Source: a virus. Taken from it: 64,000 nt of DNA. The notes below the pieces were generated by a model. It had not been told where the DNA came from. It was given only the letters and a program-made list of their open reading frames with translations, and searched no databases. The stretch spans positions 28,333 through 92,332 of the IMG/VR virus record IMGVR_UViG_3300009702_000500; one strand, given 5' to 3'. The number at the start of each line of letters is the position of its first letter. The first letter of the stretch is position 1. Positions 21,001-29,764 of this stretch are shown one piece after another. The position numbers and the translations under genes were made by a program.

Positions 21001-21285
21001 TATTATTCAAATTGGGATTCATTACTCACATTTCATAATGAGCAAAAAAAGCCTGCTTTTAAGTATACTGGTTATGTGTATGTAGAAAATACACCGGCCG
21101 CAAGAGTAGTTAATCTGTACAGAAGAAGTGATGGTAAATTAATAGGTACTACCATATCAGACGATGCTACTGGATATTTTGAAATAGTTGCTGAAGACAA
21201 TGCTTACCATTATTCTGTCATACTTCCAGAATTAACCGAGTCTTATAATTTAATTGCTACTGATAAGATAAAACCGGAGAGTTAA
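18034..21285 (+). CDS. Tail fibre/receptor-binding-like protein: two DUF2341-LamG modules, an inserted 5-bladed propeller and a C-terminal adaptor
   Basis: AGGAG RBS; motif pairs L.(N/D)FP(L/V)L, LW.KV, VWDDNFV.V.HMSQDPSGG, FDG.DD, IIDEVR.SK.ARSPEWIKATYYSNWD. Confidence 0.75.
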   Translation: MSWSNKIDITIDGSKINETLTNFPLLINLSESSGISDEDISAIFTELGNNYYRIKIEDEYNVQLPIEIENWDSIYKKAQLWVKVPTVKGSGDTKLTLYYDNGEADNTHYVGKTPGVKPINMVVNINEEGTYDTSGMYAPCVIKESDTSYKMWYSGNDGSHYRIMYATSTDGLTWSNHQMVLNYNTEGTYDTTHVYTPYVIKESDTSYKMWYAGYDGSYRRMLYAVSTDGTSWSNYQMIIDVGSEGTYDTNSAYYPSVIKESDTSYKMWYAGYDGSHYRILYCTSTDGINWSNFQLVLNYNQEGTYDTSYIYSPSVIKELSGSYKMWYTGRDGSHYRILYCTSTNGISWSNFQLVLNYNQEGTYDTNYAYTPCVIKENDTLYKLWYTGNDGSYSRILYATSEDGKVWTKNIVNRVWDDNFVAVYHMSQDPSGGSNSIYDSTSNANHGTPQGNMNSSNLVDGEIGKALNFDGVDDWINIGNVIYSPHYYTIEAIFKTSQTGNNTAYNLLTSKHSSANIKPTMYFDGSTNFQFKTGFYNDNTWYRDDSGIIGKNDDNLHYAASTYNKVNIISYIDDDSTHSTSATVDMAASTNDYRIGARWDAELYGGWWSGIIDEVRLSKIARSPEWIKATYYSNWDNLLYYNFHPGAEVGWLETYENGEYKKWAKRIKIDIDSTKVDDILVDFPVLVRLGESVGLANTDVTDVFDTSKNKIAITAGDGTSQLYTEIEYWSSIEKEAVLWTKVSRISSDENSSIYLYYDNEREDNTDYVGETGTQPAQNVWDDNFVGVWHMSQDPSGGANSIYDSTSNNNHGTPNGSMTSGDLVDGQVGKAIDFDGTDDYIQMSNTNIPFGASPFTKDVIVYLPNKVDSNNTRKTILWWGQPYSNNYINLLRTGDSSGELLNGFWGNDLVWAPTHLVNGYNHIMITYDGNILKGYVNGEYEASYTAGAANVSTSDVFIGESSNTWDYNFPGIIDEVRISKTARSPEWIKATYYSNWDSLLTFHNEQKKPAFKYTGYVYVENTPAARVVNLYRRSDGKLIGTTISDDATGYFEIVAEDNAYHYSVILPELTESYNLIATDKIKPES
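18415..19260 (+). repeat. Five tandem 174-bp (58-aa) coding repeats, predicted five-bladed beta-propeller
   Basis: Exact 18-mer GAAGGTACTTATGATACT at 18415, 18589, 18763, 18937 and 19111; unit EGTYDT...P.VIKE....YKMWY.G.DGS..RI.Y.TS.DG..W. Confidence 0.9.
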
Positions 21286-21286
21286 T

Positions 21287-22057
21287 ATGCCTGTTCCTAC
21301 AATAAATGGGGGCGTTTTTAATTTTACTGAGACTGGGTATACACCACCAACATGGAGTGGTGCTTCTTACGAATTTGGCGGTGTAGAATTAAACGAAATC
21401 TATACTGATTCAGAATATGTTTATGCTGCTTTAGGCACAGGGTTGGATATTATAGATATAGAGCACGAAAGAAAGTGTGCCTACATTGAATATTCTGATG
21501 GTTTTACTACAGTTTGGGGTAATGCTTTTTCAGTTTTTTTAGGCAGTACTTCTTCTGGAATAAAATATATAAACAAGTCAGATATCAGTAGTGATATAGT
21601 ACTTCCTGTTAATTTAACAGATTATTTAAAGGATTTTAAATCATATCCTGGTATAACGTCTAATAATGTAAAGCATATACATGGTAGAGAAGATGAACTT
21701 ATGTGTTGTACTTCATCTGGTGTAGATTTTTTTAAGTTAGAACCTAATGGTTATAGAAGCTCTACTACTGTATCTGGCGCCTATAAATGTTTTGTGCTGG
21801 CCGGAAGAGCAATATATTACTTAACATCTTCTGGTACAAATTATTTTATAAATAAAATTAACCATTCTTTGACGGATTGGGCAGAGCCTGATGAAATTTT
21901 TACTGTTGATTCTGGTTTAAAAATAAACGACTTGTTTGTTACTGCTAATACAGCAACAGAGGGTATTAAAAATACCTTATTTATAGCCACATCCTCAGGT
22001 GTGTATGTCACAGATGAGGCCACTTATGAGGTAGATGTTTATTACACAGCGGAGTAA
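21287..22057 (+). CDS. Virion-associated propeller-like protein
   Basis: 256 aa; homologous by eye to the C-terminal part of 47201..50533; N-terminal FNFTETGYTPP motif. Confidence 0.6.
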   Translation: MPVPTINGGVFNFTETGYTPPTWSGASYEFGGVELNEIYTDSEYVYAALGTGLDIIDIEHERKCAYIEYSDGFTTVWGNAFSVFLGSTSSGIKYINKSDISSDIVLPVNLTDYLKDFKSYPGITSNNVKHIHGREDELMCCTSSGVDFFKLEPNGYRSSTTVSGAYKCFVLAGRAIYYLTSSGTNYFINKINHSLTDWAEPDEIFTVDSGLKINDLFVTANTATEGIKNTLFIATSSGVYVTDEATYEVDVYYTAE

Positions 22058-22062
22058 AAATT

Positions 22063-22386
22063 ATGGCTGATATTATTGAATTTAATTTTAAGAACGATAC
22101 TTACAAAACACCTAGTAAGCCCGTAATATTCAATTTTATTGGTACTTACTTTGAAATTTTGGGCGGTAGAAGTAATAACTTTATTTCCGTTTGGGCTGAT
22201 GAACGGGCCTCAAGAAAAACATTTAAATTATATGCAGCCTCTACAGGCAGAGGTGCTTCTTTATCTGTAATTGACCTATATACAAAAGCACTGGTAGATA
22301 ATTACACACAAACTAAGGTTGGAGCATTCAATGAATCCTTGGACGCTGAAGATATAACCGACATTAATATAGGATCAAGGAGCTAG
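22063..22386 (+). CDS. Small virion-associated protein
   Basis: GGAG RBS; FNF...Y..P motif; ILGGRSNNFISVWA resembles the C-terminus of 12538..14619. Confidence 0.6.
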   Translation: MADIIEFNFKNDTYKTPSKPVIFNFIGTYFEILGGRSNNFISVWADERASRKTFKLYAASTGRGASLSVIDLYTKALVDNYTQTKVGAFNESLDAEDITDINIGSRS

Positions 22387-22389
22387 TTA

Positions 22390-24498
22390 ATGGCAGGGTA
22401 TAAACCACCTAGTAGTAAAGGCATGCCGTTTGAATTTACTGATACAGGCTATGCCAAACCTACTTACAGTCCTACTAATGCTAATTTTAAGCCTGATTAT
22501 TCAACAGTAGACTTAAAATCTGCAATTCAGGTGCTGGGGGTATATCAAGAATCTACATACACTTATAAGAAACATTGTCCTACATATGTAGTGGGGTATT
22601 CTCCTTATGGTGTTCAGATTATTAAAGGCCCATGTGTGTATGGCGGTATTAGAGATCTAGGTGTTTTTATTGATGCTAAACCAAAAAAGCAAGGATATAG
22701 TAATTTAGGTGCGTTTTTAAAGAGGATACAGGGTCAAGGATCTTATGACTTAGGGTCACTTATTAAGTCGTATGAAAACTTAAATCTTGGTGCAAATATA
22801 CATGGATTTGCGATAAGAAATTTATCTGCTGTTGTAAAGATGCATCCTCCGGAGAATTTAAACGCCCATTTAAATGTTTTTCAACATACATATACAGATT
22901 TGCCTTCTAGTGTTTATGGTTGGCAAGCTTCAGATTTACATGCCTATTTGACTGGTGTTGTGTTCGAAGATCTTCCAGCTAGTATATATGGTATACCACC
23001 TAGAAATTTACCTGCTTATCTTAAGGTGTGGCCAGAGGATTATTTGTATGTTTCTGTACATGGTTGGGATAAATTGGACTTGTCTGCTAGAATTCATGGT
23101 AAACCTTATAGTGACTTAAATTCTTATATAGGGGCACACCCCTGGGTTAGTATAACTGCTAGAATAAAAGGTTGGATGCGAGAGGCCACAACTGATTTAC
23201 CTGGTTATATCAGAGCATTTCAACATAGAGAATTATCTGCTTACATATTTTCTTACAAGTTCAAAAATCTTGGAGTAATCATTTATCCAATTCCTTATGT
23301 GCCATTACAGGGTATTATACATGGTTGGCAGGAGGCTTATTTGGGTGGTATTCTTAATGGTAAGGACTACCCATACAACTTAACATCTTCTATAATTGCT
23401 TCCGGCGGGCTAAAGAATTTGTCTGCCAATATAAAATCTTATGTAGATATAGATGTTCATAGAGATCTTCCTATATTTATTCATTCTTGGAAAGCAGTAG
23501 ACCTATCTTCTTATATTTATGCTGAAACTGTAGGTATATTATATGCTAGTTTATTTGTAAGTGGTGCTAGTAGAGATATAAGTGCTTCTATACGACCTAA
23601 AATGATTCGATTGACAACTGTTCTTGGAATGATTACATTAAATAGTAGAAATATATCTGCTATGATAAATGTATCTTGTTTATATTCCAAATTTTCAGAT
23701 CTATTTGCCTATATTAAAACTGTGTTCAAGGATGATATTGGTGTTTATATAAAGGGTCTGAAAGAGTATTCAAGTTCAAATATTGGCGCGTCTGTTGGCG
23801 AGCGACTTGTAGGTAAAACATTAGATAGACTTCCATTTACTATCACAATAAAATCGGCAGGTGCTCAAACGTATGATAGATTTCCAATATATTTTAAATT
23901 GTTTGAATCAGGACTTAATCTAGGGGCCAATATAGTTGCAACACCAGCATATTTAGATTTGGGAGCAACAATACAATCAGCATATATTAGAAATTATTCT
24001 TTTAAATATCAAAAAAGTAAGGAAAAAGTTTATAAACCAAGGGAATTTGAAAGGGGCCTTGAGTTATCCAAGGTAGTAGAATTTACATTTAGAGATGCTG
24101 TGAAGGAATACGTTTATATATCGCAAGGAGATAAGGCTTTTGCTTTGGACTTTTTAGAAAAGTGGGCTATGAATGTTAAAGGATTTTCGCCTATAAATAA
24201 GAGATTAGGCACTAAAAGAAAACTATTTAGAGCAGCTGTTTTATATGATATACGAAAGTATAAAGATATTGATGAGGCCGTCCGTGATATGATTGAATTT
24301 GTCACAGGGGAGCCTAAAGTAGATCTTGGAGCAAGAATAAATCTTATTCACAACAGTATGTTTAAGATTTTAAGTGCTAATATAAGTGCTAAGTATATAA
24401 AATCAGACGAAACTCTTATCAGTGCTAGGATAGAAAGCAACATCCCATATCCAATAGTAGTTGCTAATGAGCAAGCCGGTATAGATATTATTGAATAG
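22390..24498 (+). CDS. 12-residue repeat protein, probably structural
   Basis: AGGAG RBS; dozens of (D/N)L-x-(A/S)-x-(I/L/V)-x-(G/x) units with mostly 12-aa spacing. Confidence 0.7.
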   Translation: MAGYKPPSSKGMPFEFTDTGYAKPTYSPTNANFKPDYSTVDLKSAIQVLGVYQESTYTYKKHCPTYVVGYSPYGVQIIKGPCVYGGIRDLGVFIDAKPKKQGYSNLGAFLKRIQGQGSYDLGSLIKSYENLNLGANIHGFAIRNLSAVVKMHPPENLNAHLNVFQHTYTDLPSSVYGWQASDLHAYLTGVVFEDLPASIYGIPPRNLPAYLKVWPEDYLYVSVHGWDKLDLSARIHGKPYSDLNSYIGAHPWVSITARIKGWMREATTDLPGYIRAFQHRELSAYIFSYKFKNLGVIIYPIPYVPLQGIIHGWQEAYLGGILNGKDYPYNLTSSIIASGGLKNLSANIKSYVDIDVHRDLPIFIHSWKAVDLSSYIYAETVGILYASLFVSGASRDISASIRPKMIRLTTVLGMITLNSRNISAMINVSCLYSKFSDLFAYIKTVFKDDIGVYIKGLKEYSSSNIGASVGERLVGKTLDRLPFTITIKSAGAQTYDRFPIYFKLFESGLNLGANIVATPAYLDLGATIQSAYIRNYSFKYQKSKEKVYKPREFERGLELSKVVEFTFRDAVKEYVYISQGDKAFALDFLEKWAMNVKGFSPINKRLGTKRKLFRAAVLYDIRKYKDIDEAVRDMIEFVTGEPKVDLGARINLIHNSMFKILSANISAKYIKSDETLISARIESNIPYPIVVANEQAGIDIIE

Positions 24499-24504
24499 AA
24501 GTAA

Positions 24505-24557
24505 TAAAAAAGTCAAAAAAACACTTGACAAATGGAAATTATGTTTTAACTTATACT
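24505..24557 (+). promoter_or_regulatory. Putative sigma70-type promoter for the replication genes
   Basis: Perfect TTGACA at 24525-24530 preceded by A tracts in a ~100-bp intergenic gap. The -10 is ambiguous (TAACTT at a 16-bp spacer or TATACT at 21 bp). Confidence 0.5.
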
Positions 24558-24599
24558 AAAGAAGGAAGCGCTAAAATTAATATTTAAGGAGAATTATGT

Positions 24600-25742
24600 A
24601 TGAGATTTAAGATTCCTGTGGATGAATTACAGGGCATTATCAACATTTTAGGTATCACTGCAAAGGTTAACACATTAGAGGTAGCTGGACGTATTCTAAT
24701 TGAGGCAACCAAAGATTCAGTTCTTTTCTTGTCCAACAATCTTTCTACTGGTATATCTGTGATCACTGATAAGGCTGAAGTTGAGGAGGAAGGCAAAGCT
24801 TCCATAGTATTTGGTAAGATTAAGTCTTTTGTTTCTCCTTTTACTTTATGGGATCCAGATAAAAAAGAAGGGGCAAAGTATTTTAATTTCAAAGGGGATG
24901 ACCGGCATCTTACCATTAGCGTAAGAAATAAGTTTGCTAATGGTAAGGTATCTAATGGCAGAGTAAGATTAGACAGCTTCAATTCTTCCAGTATAATAAA
25001 ACCAGCCTATTTTTCAAAACCCACGTTTACATTAAGTGCTAATGCATTTAAAGCAGCTATAGGTAAGATTATGTATGCTGTTGATGCTAATTGTATGGCT
25101 CCAGCATTAAGGGGCGTGTGTATTCGCTTCGATGATGACAAAATTAGGTTTGCAGGTACGGATGGTAAAGTATTGTCTGAATATGCCATAGATAATATAT
25201 GTGATCTAAAAGATGGTTCTTTTGTGATTAAGGTTGATTTTATGATGGGGTTGAGAAGATTTATTATACCAGATATGGAGTTAGATTTTGAATTAACTGA
25301 TAAAGAGATAAAGGTGAAATCTGGTAGCGTTATGTTTTGGGGCAGATTGTTGACAGGTATGAACTACCCTGAGTATACGCATATGTTTAAGGAGTATGAA
25401 CATGAAATAATAATAGATAAAGGGGTATTAATGAGCAATTTGGTGCCTCTTATGGATGTATTAGACCCAAGTGATTCAAATAGAGTTGTATTCAAAATAG
25501 AAGATAAAAAAATAAGTTTATATAATAACGTAGGTAGTTTTATTTGTGATTGTGAGTTTTCTTTTTCAAAAGAAATTATAGCTGCTTTAGATGGTACCGC
25601 CATGTTTAAAACAATCGATGCTATTAAAGATGAAAATATATCCATTAAATTCTCTGATAATACATTAAAGAGCTTTATCTTTGATTCAGCTACATATCAT
25701 GATCAAAAAGCTATAATCGCACCATTAAAAACAAGGTCTTAA
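24600..25742 (+). CDS. dnaN: DNA polymerase III beta sliding clamp
   Basis: 380 aa; AAGGAG RBS; ALRGV..GTDG..L and RLL.G.NYPEY motifs of bacterial beta clamps. Confidence 0.88.
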   Translation: MRFKIPVDELQGIINILGITAKVNTLEVAGRILIEATKDSVLFLSNNLSTGISVITDKAEVEEEGKASIVFGKIKSFVSPFTLWDPDKKEGAKYFNFKGDDRHLTISVRNKFANGKVSNGRVRLDSFNSSSIIKPAYFSKPTFTLSANAFKAAIGKIMYAVDANCMAPALRGVCIRFDDDKIRFAGTDGKVLSEYAIDNICDLKDGSFVIKVDFMMGLRRFIIPDMELDFELTDKEIKVKSGSVMFWGRLLTGMNYPEYTHMFKEYEHEIIIDKGVLMSNLVPLMDVLDPSDSNRVVFKIEDKKISLYNNVGSFICDCEFSFSKEIIAALDGTAMFKTIDAIKDENISIKFSDNTLKSFIFDSATYHDQKAIIAPLKTRS

Positions 25743-25745
25743 AAA

Positions 25746-26309
25746 TTGGATAGAGATGATATTATAAAAGACTTAGAGTCTCTTGTATCAAGTCACGGTA
25801 TTAGGATATATGAATTGATAGAGCAGAAGTGTATAGAATATCTTAAGGCTTCTGGTTATAAGGTAGTTAAAAAAGTAGAATCTACCTACAAGAATGTAAA
25901 AAACACTAACGATTTGGTAGAATTGTTTTATAATTTAGTAGATTATAATTACCCCAGCCCTGTGGGATATTATAGAAATGTTGGTAAAGACAGAAAATTA
26001 GCTAAAAGTATGATAGACAACAGAATGAAGACTAATCATATATCAAGAGAAGAAGCGTTGGCAGAATGTGCTTTACTTGTAGAATCACTATTTAAATATG
26101 CTGATGCTCTCCATCTTGAAAATAAGCCCACTAGTTTTGGTGTTTTTGGGCAGGAAAAGATGGGCTGGGTTACTGATAACTTAAATAGATTATTGTTGGA
26201 TAAAGAGAGAAAACGGCTTAAAGTTAAAAGAGAAGCTATGGAACAGGAAATATTAGATAAGACATTGGAAGAAAGAGGAATAGAATATTTAAGATTAGAT
26301 GGAATTTAG
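25746..26309 (+). CDS. Hypothetical protein
   Basis: 187-aa ORF with TTG start filling the gap between dnaN and recA. Confidence 0.65.
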   Translation: MDRDDIIKDLESLVSSHGIRIYELIEQKCIEYLKASGYKVVKKVESTYKNVKNTNDLVELFYNLVDYNYPSPVGYYRNVGKDRKLAKSMIDNRMKTNHISREEALAECALLVESLFKYADALHLENKPTSFGVFGQEKMGWVTDNLNRLLLDKERKRLKVKREAMEQEILDKTLEERGIEYLRLDGI

Positions 26310-26317
26310 GAGGATTT

Positions 26318-27358
26318 ATGGCCAAAAAGGACAACAAGAGTAAGAAGAAGACAAGTAGTTTAGATTTAGCCAAAAAGGCTATTATCAAAAAGTATGGAAG
26401 TATTGTAAGTACCTTGGGAGAGCAGGGAGACCTTATTATAGAAACTATTTCTACAGGGTGTCTTGGTTTGGATATCGCATTGGGTAGAGGCGGTGTTGCT
26501 AAGGGACGTATTTACGAATTATTTGGGGAACCGTCTTGTGGTAAAACTACTTTAGCTATGAGTGTGATGGCACAGGCTCAAAAGCGAGGGATGAAGTGTT
26601 GTTTTTGTGATGCTGAACATGCCGCGGATCCAAAACTTTTTCAATCTATGGGAGTAAATATCCATGAGGTTGAACTTATTAGAGCATTTATGGGTGATGA
26701 TAATTTGGATGCTGTGGAGACGCTTATAAAAACAGGAGAAATAGATGTGGCCGTACTGGATAGTGTTTCCGCATTGATTCCAAAAGCAGAGGCCACCGCC
26801 GCTATTGCTGATGAGCATATTGGCTTATTGGCTCGATTGATGAGTAAGGCTATGAGGCGGTTTAGCCCGCTAGCAAGTGAAACAAACACTTTAATAATTT
26901 TTATTAATCAAATTAGAACTAAGATTGGTAGTTGGGGGGATCCTACTACTACGACTGGCGGATCAGCATTAGATTTCTATGCTACGGGTAGAATACAAGT
27001 TTCCGGTGGTGCGTATAAGAGTCAACGGATTGTAGACCCTATTTCAGGGGAGGTAATAGGCCATAAAACTACTTTTGATGTTAGAAAAAATAAACTCGCG
27101 CCGCCTTATAGAAGAGCAGAAGTACCTTTAATTTATGGTGTGGGTTATGATGGGCATAGAGAAGTGTTAACTTTATCAGAAGGTCTTGGTATTATAGAAA
27201 AACGAGGTGCGTATTATTACAAAGATGGAGAAAACTTCGCACAAGGTGAAGAAAATGCGGTGGCTTATCTTAAAGAAGATGAGGATTTTTACAATAAACT
27301 AAAAAATAAAGTCATTGAACTGACTGGTCTAAAGGAGCAATATGAGCAAAATAGCTGA
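26318..27358 (+). CDS. recA: RecA recombinase
   Basis: STG..LDIALG.GG, Walker A GEPSCGKT, DAEHA, LDSVSAL, ARLMSKAMR, IFINQIR, KNK.APP. Confidence 0.97.
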   Translation: MAKKDNKSKKKTSSLDLAKKAIIKKYGSIVSTLGEQGDLIIETISTGCLGLDIALGRGGVAKGRIYELFGEPSCGKTTLAMSVMAQAQKRGMKCCFCDAEHAADPKLFQSMGVNIHEVELIRAFMGDDNLDAVETLIKTGEIDVAVLDSVSALIPKAEATAAIADEHIGLLARLMSKAMRRFSPLASETNTLIIFINQIRTKIGSWGDPTTTTGGSALDFYATGRIQVSGGAYKSQRIVDPISGEVIGHKTTFDVRKNKLAPPYRRAEVPLIYGVGYDGHREVLTLSEGLGIIEKRGAYYYKDGENFAQGEENAVAYLKEDEDFYNKLKNKVIELTGLKEQYEQNS

Positions 27359-27698
27359 TAGTGTTCATTGTGCATTAGAAAGACTATTTCCAAGATATAC
27401 TATTTTAAAAGAGGTTTATGTAAATTATCATTACACAAAATTATTTTTCGATTTTTTTATAAAAGAGTTTGGAATCTACATAGAAGTACAAGGGGTTCAG
27501 CATACGTCATTTAGTAAGCATTTTCACGGTACAAAAGAAAATTATTTGGCGCAGAAAAAACGTGATAACCTTAAATTAGAATATGTACAAGGAAAAGATG
27601 ATTTAAGTTTAGTACGGTTTTATTATAATGAAAATTTGACAGATAAGTTAATAATGTTTAAGATAGAGAAAGCATTGGAGCAAGGATACTATGAGTAA
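27342..27698 (+). CDS. Small PD-(D/E)XK/Vsr-like (DUF559-type) endonuclease
   Basis: LFFDFF..IEVQG.QH..FHG..QK.RD..K pattern. Confidence 0.65.
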   Translation: MSKIADSVHCALERLFPRYTILKEVYVNYHYTKLFFDFFIKEFGIYIEVQGVQHTSFSKHFHGTKENYLAQKKRDNLKLEYVQGKDDLSLVRFYYNENLTDKLIMFKIEKALEQGYYE

Positions 27699-27900
27699 AA
27701 AACATAATAAAGATTGTATAGACTGGACACCAATGGATGATGGTACTAAGACAGGGGACACCGAGTATTGTGCCTTGAGTCTTTTGTGTAAACAGATAGG
27801 AATGAAAGGAGATTTTATTTCTTTTATAAACAATGATACTAAAACTACAGAGTTTGACTATTTTTGTACTTGTATGTACGAGAAAAAGGAAGAGAGATAA
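27691..27900 (+). CDS. Small Cys-containing hypothetical protein
   Basis: AAGGA RBS; 69 aa; overlaps or abuts both neighbours. Confidence 0.6.
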   Translation: MSKKHNKDCIDWTPMDDGTKTGDTEYCALSLLCKQIGMKGDFISFINNDTKTTEFDYFCTCMYEKKEER

Positions 27901-28359
27901 ATGGATCAGACTATTTTTGTATACGATAAGATTAAGCCAAGTGTAGAGTTAATAGAAGAGGTGTTATCATATGATTTTAGGAAGTTAGATCAAGCATCTG
28001 GAGAAGACATAAGTAAATATTGTGCCGCATTGGCCCAATATCTTGTTTATATGCAGTACCAAAGAAACAAAGTAAAAATAGAAATGATTAAAACTAAACA
28101 GTACATTGATAGAGTTGTGTTTCAAATAATGGATGATAGTACATTAAAGAAATTTAAAACTAAAACGGCTGCTAAAGAAGCAATTATAACTGGTAATGAA
28201 GAACTATCAAAATCTCGTGATAAACTTGATGCTTTAGACACAGAACTTATTATGAGTAAAGGTATGGATAAGGGTATACTTGAATTGATTAATGCGCTTA
28301 AACGTGAACTGACTCGTCGTAGTGAAGAAATGTCGTCGGTTAGGTCAGGGAGAAGATAA
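27901..28359 (+). CDS. Helical protein, possibly a UvsY-like recombination mediator
   Basis: 152-aa coiled-coil-like protein between recA and dnaB; the UvsY call rests on size and context only. Confidence 0.45.
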   Translation: MDQTIFVYDKIKPSVELIEEVLSYDFRKLDQASGEDISKYCAALAQYLVYMQYQRNKVKIEMIKTKQYIDRVVFQIMDDSTLKKFKTKTAAKEAIITGNEELSKSRDKLDALDTELIMSKGMDKGILELINALKRELTRRSEEMSSVRSGRR

Positions 28360-28360
28360 T

Positions 28361-29764
28361 ATGGTAGTTGATTTCTGTAGAGCCACAGATGAGAGATTAC
28401 TTTTAAAGTTTTGTATCTCGGACCAAGACATGTACTATAGTGTAGCATCTAAACTTGTGGAAGATGATTTTCTTAATAAAAGTCATAGAACTCTTTATGT
28501 ACTAATTGGAAGTCTTTATGGTTCAGGATATAACAAATTAGACAGTACCATTATAATAAATGAAGCCAAGAATATGGGAGTTATAGACAGCCTTGGCGGA
28601 CCAGAATATCTATCAGGTGTTGTAAATGCCGATGTTAGTACATCTAATTTTGATAAGATATTACACAATGTATTAGAAGCAAGTACAAAGTCCAAATTAT
28701 ACGAAGCGATTGATAGACATAGAGGCACTATTATAGATAGTGTAAAAGGAAGAACTTCTCTTTCTAGTGCGGATCTTATTGGAAATTTAGAAAACTTTAT
28801 AATGGATTTATCTACAAGTAGCCGTGCTATAAAAGAACCATTAGATGTAGCTGAAGGTTTGTCTGAATGGATTGATAATCTTAGAGATAATAAAGTAGAA
28901 ATGTCCGGTATATCCACAGGGTATCCTATACTTGATAAACAAATAGATGGTATGATTCCTGGTACTCTGATGTTTATAGCCGCCCGTAAGAAAATGGGTA
29001 AGAGCGCTTTTCTCACAAATGTTGCTGCTTATGTTGCATTTAAATTAAAAATACCAACTTTATATGTAGACACAGAGATGTCATTTTTACAATTTAGATC
29101 AAGGCTAGTTGCCGGTATGGCGGGTGTTAAGGAACGTACCATTATTCACGGTGGATATAGTGATAATGAGTACAATAATATAGTGCGTAGATGCCTCAGA
29201 CTGGCCACGGAAGGCAACTTATACCATGAATATATGCCAGGGTATACAGTAGATAAGTTAGTAGCCTTATATAAGAAATTTAAGCTAAAACATGATATTG
29301 GATTTGCTGTATTTGATTATTTAAAGGAACCTGCTTTAAGTGCTACATCAGATAAGCAAAGAAAAGAATATCAAATATTGGGGGATGTGGCTACTCGTTT
29401 AAAGGATCTTTCAGGTGAATTAGATATTCCCTTCTTAAGTGCTGTACAGTTAAATAGATCAGATGATATAGCAGATAGTGATAAAATAGCAAGATACGCT
29501 GATATAATAGCACATTGGGCTAAAAAGGAATTAGAAGAGTTTGAGGCTGGTGGGCATCAAGGAGGAACACATAAACTAATGATTAAAGATACTCGCAGAG
29601 GAGGTAGTACCGGCGAAGCAGGGATAAGTTATTATTTTTTTAAAGAGCACTTACGAATAAAAGAAGTAGACGCAGAACACCAGTTAGTTAATTATATGAA
29701 GGAAGACGAGGTTGTAAATGATGACAGTGCAGACACAACATTCTCTGACGAAGAGCTCCTTTAA
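28361..29764 (+). CDS. dnaB: Replicative DnaB helicase
   Basis: STGY..LD, Walker A AARKKMGKS, DTEM, FDYL, QLNR, ADII; ATG 28361 after GGGAG preferred over the ORF start at 28322. Confidence 0.93.
   Translation: MVVDFCRATDERLLLKFCISDQDMYYSVASKLVEDDFLNKSHRTLYVLIGSLYGSGYNKLDSTIIINEAKNMGVIDSLGGPEYLSGVVNADVSTSNFDKILHNVLEASTKSKLYEAIDRHRGTIIDSVKGRTSLSSADLIGNLENFIMDLSTSSRAIKEPLDVAEGLSEWIDNLRDNKVEMSGISTGYPILDKQIDGMIPGTLMFIAARKKMGKSAFLTNVAAYVAFKLKIPTLYVDTEMSFLQFRSRLVAGMAGVKERTIIHGGYSDNEYNNIVRRCLRLATEGNLYHEYMPGYTVDKLVALYKKFKLKHDIGFAVFDYLKEPALSATSDKQRKEYQILGDVATRLKDLSGELDIPFLSAVQLNRSDDIADSDKIARYADIIAHWAKKELEEFEAGGHQGGTHKLMIKDTRRGGSTGEAGISYYFFKEHLRIKEVDAEHQLVNYMKEDEVVNDDSADTTFSDEELL

Noticed and set aside
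19273-21018. Diversity-generating retroelement TR/VR pair
   Set aside because: No reverse transcriptase in the window, all copies are coding, and mismatches are not adenine-specific.
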